Below, one piece after another: positions 24,007 to 33,943 of a stretch of DNA of 64,000 nucleotides. The DNA comes from an uncultured Planctomycetota bacterium (GTDB taxonomy: Bacteria > Planctomycetota > Planctomycetia > Isosphaerales > Isosphaeraceae), in assembly GCA_963823665.1 (NCBI GenBank), contig CAWGMQ010000007.1, forward strand, positions 672,001 to 736,000, given 5' to 3'. Positions within the stretch are counted from its first letter, which is position 1, and each line of letters begins with the position of its first letter. The position numbers and the translations under genes are program-made. The notes under the pieces were generated by a model. The model saw nothing but the letters and a program-made list of their open reading frames with translations, had not been told where the DNA came from and made no database searches.

Positions 24007-27000
24007 ATGTCCCTTTCACCCTGGCTTTCCTGGCCCCTTTTTCGCAGCCATTCGCGGCGCGGCCAGCGCCGTAACTCGCCATCGCGGCGGAAAAAGGCCC
24101 GCTTCTCGCTCGAGCCGCTCGAAGCACGGGCGCTGCTGGCGAGCTACACAGCCGCGGGCGTCTCGGACTTGATCGCCGACATCACCGCGGCCAACACGGC
24201 CGGCGCGTCGAACACGATCACGCTAACGGCCGCGACCACCGCGCCCTACGTTCTGACGGCCGTGAATAACACCACGGACGGCGCGACGGGACTGCCGGTC
24301 ATCGCCGCGAATGACAACCTGACCATCGTCGGCAATAGCGACACCGTCGAGCGAAGCACGGCCTCGGGAACGGCGGCATTCCGGCTGCTTGACGTGGCGA
24401 CCGGGGGCTCGCTGGCGCTGCAGAGCTTGACGGTGCAAGGCGGTCTGGCCTTCGGGTCGGGGGTGTCTGCCGAGGGAGGTGCGATTGATAATCAAGGCAA
24501 CCTGACCCTGAGCGATGTGACCGTCGAGAATAATATCGCCCAGGGCGCCAGCGCGTCAACAACCGCTGGCCAAAACGCCGAAGGTGGCGCCATCTACTCC
24601 AGCGGCTTGCTGACGCTGTCGGGCGGCACGACCGTCGAGAACAATCGCGCCCTCGGTGGCAGCGGCACGCCAGCAACATATTCAGCGCTAGCAGCAGGCA
24701 GCGGGTACGGGGGCGCACTTTATGTGGCAAGCTCAACCGTCAATTTGACCAATGTGACCCTGTCCTCCAATACCGCTCAGGGCGGCAACGGCGGCAACGC
24801 GCTCAAGGCATTTAGTAGCCATCCCGGCGCTGCCGGCAATGGCTTCGGGGGCGCGCTTTACGTCGCTGGTGGGACGGTCACACTGACCAGCGATAGCGTC
24901 TCTTTCAATGCGGCTCAAGGCGGCCAGGGCGGCAGTCTTTCCGGCTACGCAGGTAGCAACCAGCCCGGCGGAAGCGGATCCGGTGGCGCACTGTACGCTT
25001 CCGCCGGCACGGTCTACGTGAACAGCTCGACACTGTTCAGCGATTTCGCGCAGGGTGGCAGCGGAGGCGGTCTCGGTAGTTCCGAGGCCGCCGGCGGTAA
25101 TGGATACGGCGGTGCGATTGTGATCGGCAGCGCCGGGGTCAATATGTCTGGCGACACCCTGTCCTCTAATACCGCTGAAGGCGGAAACAGTGGGGCGGGC
25201 GTAAATTACGGCAACCTTGGCAACGGGCTCGGAGGCGGAATTTACCAGTACAATCTCAGCAAACTGGGATCCGTGTTGCTCAACACGACTCTGTCGTCCA
25301 ACACCGCCCAGGGCGGCAGCGCAGTACCCGGTGCAGCTCGCGGAGGAAACGGGCTCGGCGGCGCGATTTACGTCGGCTATGGATCGATCGAACTCGACAT
25401 GAGTGCTGTTTCCTCCAATCTCGCCCAGGGCGGAACTCCGTCCGGTCTGGGTGAGGGCGGGGGCTTGTTCATCGCCGCCGGCGGCGCGACCGTGAAGGGG
25501 AACACCATACAATCCAACTCCGCTACCTCCGCTGGCGGCGGTATCTACGTTCAGGCTTACACCGGCTGGTACGTTTGGGCGGGGGAAGACGGCTTTGGCG
25601 GCACCGCACTGACAGGTAACTGGCTGGCTTGCGCCATCAATGCCAACCAGACGACGATTACTTTGTACGATAACTCGGCGATTGTCCCGGGGACGGTTGT
25701 CATCGGTTCGGAAGCAATGACTGTTACATCGGTTAACAACACCAATTTCGGGGACGGGTCCACTCTAACCGTTGTTCGCGGCGTCGACGGCACAACAGCG
25801 GCGAGCCATGCTGCCGGCGCCAGCGTCTATCCTGCCCTGGGTTTGGATGCATTTACCCTGGCGAATCTTGCCAACAATACCGCCCCCAACGATCCGAACA
25901 TCGACGGGGCGTACACAGAGAGCACTCCGGTCTTGCAGTCGATCGCCGTCACGCCTGCGAACCCGAGTGTACCGAAGGGTGAAACCGAGCAGTTCACCGC
26001 GACAGGAACGTACTCCGACAACTCGACGCAAAACCTGACGAGCCAGGTGACATGGGCCTCCGTCACGCCTTCCGTGGCCACGATCTCGAAAGCGTCGGGA
26101 TCGCAGGGTTTAGCGACCGGCGTGATGTTGGGCACTTCAACGATCAGCGCCAAACTCAATGGCGTTACCAGTTCGACGGTGCTGACAGTGAGCGCGGCGG
26201 TTTTGCAGTCGATCGCCGTCACGCCCGCCGACCCGAGTGTACCGAGCGGTGAAACCGAGCAGTTCACCGCAACAGGAACGTACTCCGACAACTCGACACA
26301 AAACCTGACGAGCCAGGTGACATGGGCCTCCGTCACGCCTTCCGTGGCCACGATCTCGAAAGCGTCGGGATCGCAGGGTTTAGCGACCGGCGTGATGTTG
26401 GGCACTTCAACGATCAGCGCCACACTCAATGGCGTTACCAGTTCGACGGTGCTGACAGTGAGCGCGGCGGTTTTGCAGTCGATCGCCGTCACGCCCGCCG
26501 ACCCGAGTGTACCGAGCGGTGAAACCGAGCAGTTCACCGCAACAGGAACGTACTCCGACAACTCGACACAAAACCTGACGAGCCAGGTGACGTGGGCCTC
26601 GGCCACACCTTCCGTGGCCACGATCTCGAGCGCGTCGGGATCACAGGGCCTGGCGACCGGCGTGGCGATGGGCTCGTGCACAATCAGTGCCACACTCAAT
26701 GGGTTCAATGGCTCGACGGTGCTGACAGTGAGCGCGGCGGTCTTGCGATCGATCGCCGTGTCGCCCGCGAACCCGAGTGTACCGAGCGGTGAAACCGAGC
26801 AGTTCACGGCGACGGGCACGTATTCCGACAACTCGACACAGAACCTGACGAGCCAAGTCACATGGGCCTCGGCCAGGACCTGGGTGGCCACGATCTCGAA
26901 CGCCTCGGGATCGCAGGGCTTGGCAACCGGCGTGGCGACGGACCCTTCGACGATCAGCGCCACACTCAATGGCGTTACCGGCTCGTCGGTCCTGACTGTG

Positions 27001-29278
27001 AGCGCGCCGGTGTTGCAGTCGATCGGGTTCTCGCCCGCCAACCCGAGTGTACCGAGCGGTGAAACCGAGCAGCTCACCGCGACGGGAACGTACTCCGATA
27101 ACTCGACACAGAACCTGACAAGCCAGGTCACATGGGCCTCGGCCACGCCTTCCGTGGCCACGATCTCGAACGCCTCGGGCTCGCACGGCTTGGCGACCGG
27201 CGTGGCGATGGGCCCTTCGACGATCAGCGCCACACTCAATGGGGTTACCGGCTCGACCGTGTTAACTGTGAGTGCGGGGGTCTTGCAGTCGATCGCCGTC
27301 TCGCCCGCCAACCCGAGTGTACCCGACGGTGAGACCGAGCAGTTCACCGCGACGGGAACGTACTCCGACAACTCGACGCAAATCCTGACGAGCGAGGTCA
27401 CGTGGGCCTCCGACACGACCCCGGTGGCCACGATCTCGAGCGCGTCGGGGACGCAGGGCTTGGCGACCGGCGTGGCGATGGGCCCGTGCATGATCAGCGC
27501 CACACTCAATGGGGTCACCGGCTCGACGGTGCTGACTGTGAGCGCGCCGGTCTTGCAGTCGATCGCTGTCTCGCCCGCGAACCCGAGTGTACCCAAAGGC
27601 GAAACCGAGCAGTTCACCGCGACGGGAACGTACTCCGACAATTTCACGCAGAACCTGACAAGCCAGGTCACCTGGGTCTCCGCCACGACCTCGGTGGCGA
27701 CGATCTCGAGCGCGTCCGGGACGCAGGGCTTAGCGACCGGCGTGGCGATGGGCCCGTGCACGATCAGCGCCACACTCAATGGGGTCACCGGCTCGACGGT
27801 GCTGACTGTGAGCGCGCCGGTCTTGCAGTCGATCGCCGTCTCGCCCGCGAACCCGAGTGTACCCAGAGGTGAAACCGAGCAATGCACCGCGACGGGAACG
27901 TACTCCGACAACTCGACGCAGAACCTGACAAACCAGGTCACGTGGGCCTCCGCCACGACCTCGGTGGCCACGATCTCCAGCGCGTCCGGAACCCAGGGCC
28001 TGGCCACAGCGGCGGCGGCGGGCACTTCCACGATCAGCGCCACACTCAATGGTGTTGCCGGCTCGTCGGTCCTGACGGTGAGCGCGGCAGTCTTGCAATC
28101 GATAGCCGTCTCGCCCGCGAGCCCGAGTGTCCCAAAAGGTGGAGACCGACCAGTTCACGGCGACGGGAACGTACTCCGACAACTCGACGCAGAACCTGAC
28201 AAGCCAGGTTACGTGGGCCTCGGCCACGACATCGGTGGCCACGGTCTCGAACGGCTCGGGAACGCAGGGTTTGGCGGCCGGCGTGGCGATGGGCCCGTGC
28301 ACGATCAGCGCCACGCTCAATGGCGTTGCCGGCTCGTCGGTCCTGACGGTGAGCGCAGCAGTCTTGCAATCGATATCCGTCACGCCCGCGAGCCCGAGTG
28401 TCCCCAAAGGTGAGACCGACCAGTTCACAGCGACGGGAACGTACTCCGACAACTCGACACAGAACCTCACAAGCCAGGTCACGTGGGCCTCCGCCACGAC
28501 CTCGGTGGCCACGATCTCCCGCGCGTCGGGAACGCAGGGCCTGGCCACAGCGGCAGCGCCGGGCACATCCACGATCAGCGCCACACTCAATGGTGTTGCC
28601 GGCTCGTCGGTCCTGACTGTGAGCGCCGCGGTCTTGGAGTCGATCGCGGTCTCGCCCGCCAACCCGAGTGTACCCAAAGGTGAAACCGATCAGTTCACCG
28701 CGACAGGCACGTACTCCGACAACTCGACGCAGAACCTCACAAGCCAGGTGACGTGGGCCTCGGCCACGACCTCGGTGGCCACGGTCACGCCGGTGGGTCT
28801 GGCGACTGGAGTCGCAACCGGCATCACGGTCATCGACGGCACGTTCGATGGGATTATCGGAAAAACCGCACTGACAGTGACCCGGCCGGTCGTGCCCGCG
28901 GTGGTTAGCTTGGCCAGCGTCCTCCCGATGTTTAACAAAAAGCATCTGGTGACGGAGATCGTTGTCACGTTCAGCGGCGCCGTCAACGCGGGCGAAGCTC
29001 AACAAACCGAACTTTACCGCCTGGCCACCCCTGGCAAGCACGGGTCGTTCACCGCCAAGAATGCCGGCATCATCAAGCTCCGCTCAGCCGTCTACAGCGC
29101 GGCGGATGACACGGTGACACTCACGCCGAAGAAGGCGTTCGCCCTGTCAAAACCGGTCCAGCTCCAGATCAACGGCAAACCTCCGTCCGGCCTGCAGAAC
29201 AGCTTCGGCCGGTTCATCAACGGGGGGAACAATCCGGTGGCCGTGCTCGCCAAAAGCGGGGTGACCATCAGCCCATGA
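24007..29278 (+). CDS. Secreted Gly-rich beta-helix protein with 11 Big_2-like Ig repeats and Lys-rich C-terminal domain, ~1756 aa; frameshift at ~28140
   Basis: Leader RFSLEPLEARALLA; repeats LQSIAVTPANPSVPxGETEQFTATGTYSDNSTQNLT; ORFs 23932..28413 and 28127..29278 join across +1 nt. Confidence 0.87.
25930..28880 (+). repeat. Eleven tandem 270-bp intragenic repeats
   Basis: Unit motif at 25931, 26201, 26471, 26741, 27011, 27281, 27551, 27821, 28091, 28362, 28632. Confidence 0.92.
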
Positions 29279-29386
29279 TCGGTGGACCGTGAACGGCATC
29301 GAGCCATCCAGCTCCGGCGATCTATCCGCGCACCGGGCCAAGCTGCTTATTTCACGCGGATCGGTTCTATCCTAGAAAGGAGCCGG

Positions 29387-29539
29387 ATGTTACAATGCCT
29401 GATCACTTCCTTGATTGTGGAAAGGACCAGGCGCGTCAACAGGCGAGACGCACCGGCCGGGCAACGGTCTCGGGCTCGGCTACCCGGGTGTTGGGAGAGG
29501 TTGGTCCGAAGCCTTTCGCCCTTCCGGTCTCCTCAATGA
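29387..29539 (+). CDS. Short Arg-rich ORF (50 aa), possible leader peptide or remnant N-terminus of a secreted protein
   Basis: Strong RBS agaaaggag after element C; MLQCLITSLIVERTRRVNRRDAPAGQRSRARLPG...; stop overlaps the ECF start (ATGA). Confidence 0.4.
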   Translation: MLQCLITSLIVERTRRVNRRDAPAGQRSRARLPGCWERLVRSLSPFRSPQ

Positions 29540-30111
29540 GCGATGTCACCCGCATCCTGTCCGCAATCGAGCAGGGCGACCCCCTCGCATCCGAAAGGCT
29601 CTTGCCGCTCGTCTACGACGAGCTGCGAAAGCTGGCGGCGGCCAAGCTGGCCCAAGAAAAGCCGGGCCACACACTCCAGGCCACGGCCCTGGTTCATGAG
29701 GTCTACGTCCGGCTTGTCGATGTGCACAAAGCCCAGGAATGGGACGGTCGAGGCCATTTCTTTGCCGCCGCCGCCGAGGCGATGCGGCGGATTCTCATCA
29801 ATCGCGCACGTGACAAGAAGCGTGCGAAACGAGGCGGTGAACGCCACCGCGTCGATCTCGACCAGATCGAAATCGCCCTGGACACCAATGACGAAGAGCT
29901 GGTCGCCCTCGATGATGCGCTCACCCAGTTTGCCGAGGAGGATCCCGACGCCGCCCGGCTCGTGAACCTGAGATTCTTCGCGGGGCTCACCCTGCGCGAT
30001 GCCGCCGTCTGCCTCGGGCTTTCCCAGCGGACTGCAGAGCGTCAATGGTCTTATGCTCGCGCCTGGCTTTATGCCCGTCTCAGTCACGACGCCGGCCTGA
30101 GCGCGGATTGA
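29536..30111 (+). CDS. ECF sigma factor, TIGR02999/ECF43-like, 191 aa, close paralog of 15579..16154
   Basis: MSDVTRIL start at 29536; TLQATALVHE motif. Confidence 0.93.
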   Translation: MSDVTRILSAIEQGDPLASERLLPLVYDELRKLAAAKLAQEKPGHTLQATALVHEVYVRLVDVHKAQEWDGRGHFFAAAAEAMRRILINRARDKKRAKRGGERHRVDLDQIEIALDTNDEELVALDDALTQFAEEDPDAARLVNLRFFAGLTLRDAAVCLGLSQRTAERQWSYARAWLYARLSHDAGLSAD

Positions 30112-30185
30112 AGCTCCGTGGATTGCTTTGGCGGGTTTCGCCGGAAACGGGGCATTGAGTAACGGACCACGAATGGGGACCGTTG

Positions 30186-33100
30186 ATGAGTGATGCAAAA
30201 CCCGACGCAAAGGCAATCTTTCTAGAAGCCCTGGAATGTAAGGGCGCCTTTGAGTTGATGCGCTTTCTCGATCAAGCATGCGGGGCCAGCGCGGTCTTGC
30301 GCGGGCGTGTCGAGGAGCTGCTGCGGGCTCATCAAAATGCGGGCGCATTCCTGGGCGGGGCCGAGCAGCAAGAGGCCACGCGCGATCAACCGATTGTAGA
30401 ACATCCCGGCACGATCATCGGTCCCTACAAGCTGCTGGAGCAGATCGGCGAAGGGGGCTTTGGCGTCGTCTTCATGGCCGAACAGACGCAGCCGGTGCGC
30501 CGCAAGGTCGCGCTCAAGGTGCTCAAACCCGGCATGGACACGCGCCAGGTGGTGGCCCGCTTCGAGGCCGAGCGGCAGGCGCTGGCGATCATGGACCATC
30601 CCCATATCGCCAAGGTCTTGGACGGCGGCGCCACCGAAACAGGCCGGCCGTATTTCGTCATGGAGCTGGTGCGGGGCGTACCCATCACCGAGTTCTGCGA
30701 CCAGAACCTCTTGACGCCACGGCAGCGGCTGGAGCTCTTCATCCCCGTGTGCCAGGCCATCCAGCACGCACATCAGAAGGGCATCATCCACCGCGACCTG
30801 AAGCCGTCCAACGTGCTCGTCTCGCGGCACGACACCACGCCGGTGGTCAAGGTGATCGATTTTGGCGTGGCCAAGGCACTCGGGCAGGTGCTGACCGACA
30901 AGACGCTCTTCACCGGCATCGCCCAGATGATCGGGACGCCGCTGTACATGTCGCCGGAACAAGCCGGCATGAGCGATCTCGATATCGACACCCGTAGCGA
31001 CATCTATTCGCTGGGCGTGTTGCTCTACGAGCTGCTGACCGGTGCCACGCCGTTCGATGAGGCGCGTTTCACGCAGGCAGCGCAGGACGATATCCGCCGC
31101 ATCATCCGCGAAGAAGAGCCGCCGCGGCCGAGCACGAGGCTGTCGGATTCGAAGGAGACACTGCCGTCGATCTCGGCGCTCAGGGGCATGGAGCCGGCGA
31201 AGCTGACCAAGCTCGTGCGCGGCGAGCTCGACTGGATCGTGATGAAGGCGCTCGAGAAGGATCGCAATCGGCGTTACGAAACGGCCAACTCGATCGCGGC
31301 AGACATCGAACGCTACCTGAAAGACGAGCCGGTGCAAGCCTGCCCGCCCAGCGCCGGCTATCGAATACGCAAGTTCGTGTCGCGCAACCGGGCACCGCTC
31401 TTCACAACCGCGGCGATCGGGCTCGCGACGCTGGTCCTCTTCGCAGCCATGGCGTGGTCCGCCTGGGATCGACACTCGCGCTCGATCCAGCGGGCCAACG
31501 AAAAGTCAGCGCGCGCGGCCGTGCTATCGGCCCGATTGCCTGACATTCTTTCGGACATCACCCGTCTCGAGGAACAGCAGGCATGGCCCGAGGCGCTGGC
31601 GGCGGCCCACCGTGCCGAGACGGCGGTCGAAGTCGGCGAGGGGGACGCCGAGATCACCGCGACCGTCCGCGGGCACGTCGCCGAGCTTCAGTTCGTCGAG
31701 CGGCTCGAGGCGGCCCGATCGATACGCGATGTCGACTCCGGGGATTCGATTTACGACAAGATGGGGCGTCCCTCGGCGCCGGGAATCGCAAGCGCCCACT
31801 CCGTCGATGCCGGACCTGCGAACTTCGACGGGATCGAGCGTGCCTATAACGAGGCCTTCGCCGCATTTGGCGTTGACCTGAACAACCCGTCGACTGCCGC
31901 GACGCGCACCCGACTTCGACAAGCGCCCGGCATCCTGCAGGCGGTTGCCGCGGCGCTCGACGACTGGGCCGCCGTGCGGCGGAACAAAGCCCATCCTGGC
32001 GCGCGACACCTCTCGGAGCTGGCGCTGGCGCTCGATGACGACCCGTTCCGACGGGCGATTCGCCAGGCGATTTTGAGCCAGAGCGTCGAGACTCTGCGTC
32101 GGCTGGCGAAAGAATTGCCGAAAACCCCACAGCCAGCCGCGACCCTCTGGCTCATCGGAATCGCCCAGTCGACCACCGATGAGCGTGTCCAACTGCTGAT
32201 GCATGCGCAGGTCGAGTATCCGGCGGACTTCTGGATTAATTTCCATCTCGGGTTATATCTGATCAATGCTCGTCCTCCTCTGCAAGACGACGGCGCCCGT
32301 TTCCTCCAGGCCGCGCTCGCGCTCCGTCCATCGTCCCGCGTTCGAGGCTATTTCGGAAGGGTCCTCGTTCGACTGAACCGTCGCGAGGAGGCCGAGGCCG
32401 TGATTCGCAAAGGATTGAGCCTGAACCCGCGGGACGCATCAAATTACTGGGCGCTTAGTGATCTCTGCCGTTGGCGGGGGCAGCTTCAAGCCGCCCTCAA
32501 AGCGGACCGCAGTGCCGTTGCGCTCGACCCGGGCTTCGCGGACGCCCACCTCGACATGGGCCTGGACTTGTACTTGCTCGGGCGGTTCGACGAAGCGATT
32601 GAAGCCTGCCGCAAAGCACTCGAGATCGATCCAACTTACCCTTGGGGACGTGTTACGATTGGTGCCGCACTACGGGGGAAGAAGCAGTACCGCGAGTCGC
32701 TGGCCGTTTTCGAGATGGCGAGGAGATCCGACCCCAACAACCCCGTGCTGGCGAGAGAGATTGGCGCTACGATCCACGCACAAAATGGTCAGGATGGCTT
32801 GATCGCTTACTGGCGCCGGGAGATGGAGCTGAATCCCAAGGACTGGAGGTCTCCCCTGTACCTCGGGATGGCGCTCGCAAGAAAGGGGCAAGTCGATGAG
32901 GGGCTCGTCTCCCTCGAGAAGTCGATCTCGCTCACCCCAACAGACCCCACTGAGCTGGCCGTTGCGTATTCCGACTTCGGTTGGATTCTTACTGACAAGG
33001 GGCGTTTCGACGACGCGATCGTCTCGTTTCGGAAAAGCATCGAGATCCGACCGAGATATGAGTTAAAACCCGACGCTCTCGTGTGGGCCTACAAAGGAAT

Positions 33101-33686
33101 TGGCGACGCCCTGACGCGGCAGGCCAAGCTCGACGCAGCCGTCGCCGCTTATCGAAAGTGCATCGAGATCGAACCCACGTTCGTATGGGGGTACTTGCAG
33201 TCGATCTGGACGCTGCAGGAGCAAGGAAAGCAGCAAGAGGCGAACATCTTGCTGGGAAAAGCGCACGCGCTCGATCCCGCTGACCCGCAGCATCGCAACG
33301 TCCTGGCCTGGCACTTCGTGACGGGGCTTCCGAAGGAGCTTCGCGAACCCGCCCTTGGGGTCAAACTTGCCCGCGGGGCCGTCGAACTCGAGCCGGGAGT
33401 CGGCACCTACTGGAACACACTGGGCGTGGCTCACTACCGCGCCGGCGATTGGAATGCCGCGATCGCAGCGCTCCAGAAAAGCATGGAGCTTGGCAAAGGC
33501 GGGGACAGCTTCGACTGGTTCTTCCTGGCCATGGCCTACGAAAAGCTCGGCGACACGCAAAAGGCCCGCCAGTGGTACGAGCGCGCAACGGTCTGGATGG
33601 AGAAGAACCAGGCTAAGAATGAGGAACTGGGTCGTTTCAAAGCGGAAGCGGCCGAGCTGCTGGGTGTGGAAGGAAGAAAGAAGTGA
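30186..33686 (+). CDS. Ser/Thr kinase-TM-TPR (K3), close paralog of K1, 1166 aa
   Basis: Kinase domain almost identical to K1; TPR region more diverged. Confidence 0.95.
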   Translation: MSDAKPDAKAIFLEALECKGAFELMRFLDQACGASAVLRGRVEELLRAHQNAGAFLGGAEQQEATRDQPIVEHPGTIIGPYKLLEQIGEGGFGVVFMAEQTQPVRRKVALKVLKPGMDTRQVVARFEAERQALAIMDHPHIAKVLDGGATETGRPYFVMELVRGVPITEFCDQNLLTPRQRLELFIPVCQAIQHAHQKGIIHRDLKPSNVLVSRHDTTPVVKVIDFGVAKALGQVLTDKTLFTGIAQMIGTPLYMSPEQAGMSDLDIDTRSDIYSLGVLLYELLTGATPFDEARFTQAAQDDIRRIIREEEPPRPSTRLSDSKETLPSISALRGMEPAKLTKLVRGELDWIVMKALEKDRNRRYETANSIAADIERYLKDEPVQACPPSAGYRIRKFVSRNRAPLFTTAAIGLATLVLFAAMAWSAWDRHSRSIQRANEKSARAAVLSARLPDILSDITRLEEQQAWPEALAAAHRAETAVEVGEGDAEITATVRGHVAELQFVERLEAARSIRDVDSGDSIYDKMGRPSAPGIASAHSVDAGPANFDGIERAYNEAFAAFGVDLNNPSTAATRTRLRQAPGILQAVAAALDDWAAVRRNKAHPGARHLSELALALDDDPFRRAIRQAILSQSVETLRRLAKELPKTPQPAATLWLIGIAQSTTDERVQLLMHAQVEYPADFWINFHLGLYLINARPPLQDDGARFLQAALALRPSSRVRGYFGRVLVRLNRREEAEAVIRKGLSLNPRDASNYWALSDLCRWRGQLQAALKADRSAVALDPGFADAHLDMGLDLYLLGRFDEAIEACRKALEIDPTYPWGRVTIGAALRGKKQYRESLAVFEMARRSDPNNPVLAREIGATIHAQNGQDGLIAYWRREMELNPKDWRSPLYLGMALARKGQVDEGLVSLEKSISLTPTDPTELAVAYSDFGWILTDKGRFDDAIVSFRKSIEIRPRYELKPDALVWAYKGIGDALTRQAKLDAAVAAYRKCIEIEPTFVWGYLQSIWTLQEQGKQQEANILLGKAHALDPADPQHRNVLAWHFVTGLPKELREPALGVKLARGAVELEPGVGTYWNTLGVAHYRAGDWNAAIAALQKSMELGKGGDSFDWFFLAMAYEKLGDTQKARQWYERATVWMEKNQAKNEELGRFKAEAAELLGVEGRKK

Positions 33687-33943
33687 CTTCTCTCCCAAGA
33701 TTTCCTGGCGGGTTTCGCCGGAAACGGGGCATTGAGTAACGGAACAATTGCTGAAGAAGTTCGGAGACACCGACGGATAGCGTTCTGACGACAGCCTGAA
33801 CACGTCACCAAATAAAGCGGCCGGTGAGTCTCACCGCCAAGCAGGAGTTTGACCGGATCAGCAATGCCCTGGCGCTCGGTCTGCGCGCCGCGGCGCTTGC
33901 ACAGTCTTGCCATCGCAGACCGCATCGAAAACGGAGCTTCACC

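Noticed and set aside
25827..28049. 740-aa antisense ORF and similar long minus-strand ORFs (12244..13104, 38956..40173, 19404..21008)
   Set aside because: Shadows of GC-rich repetitive sense genes; no independent motifs
25930..28880. Regular repeats as a CRISPR array
   Set aside because: 270-bp in-frame coding units with no unique spacers and no cas genes
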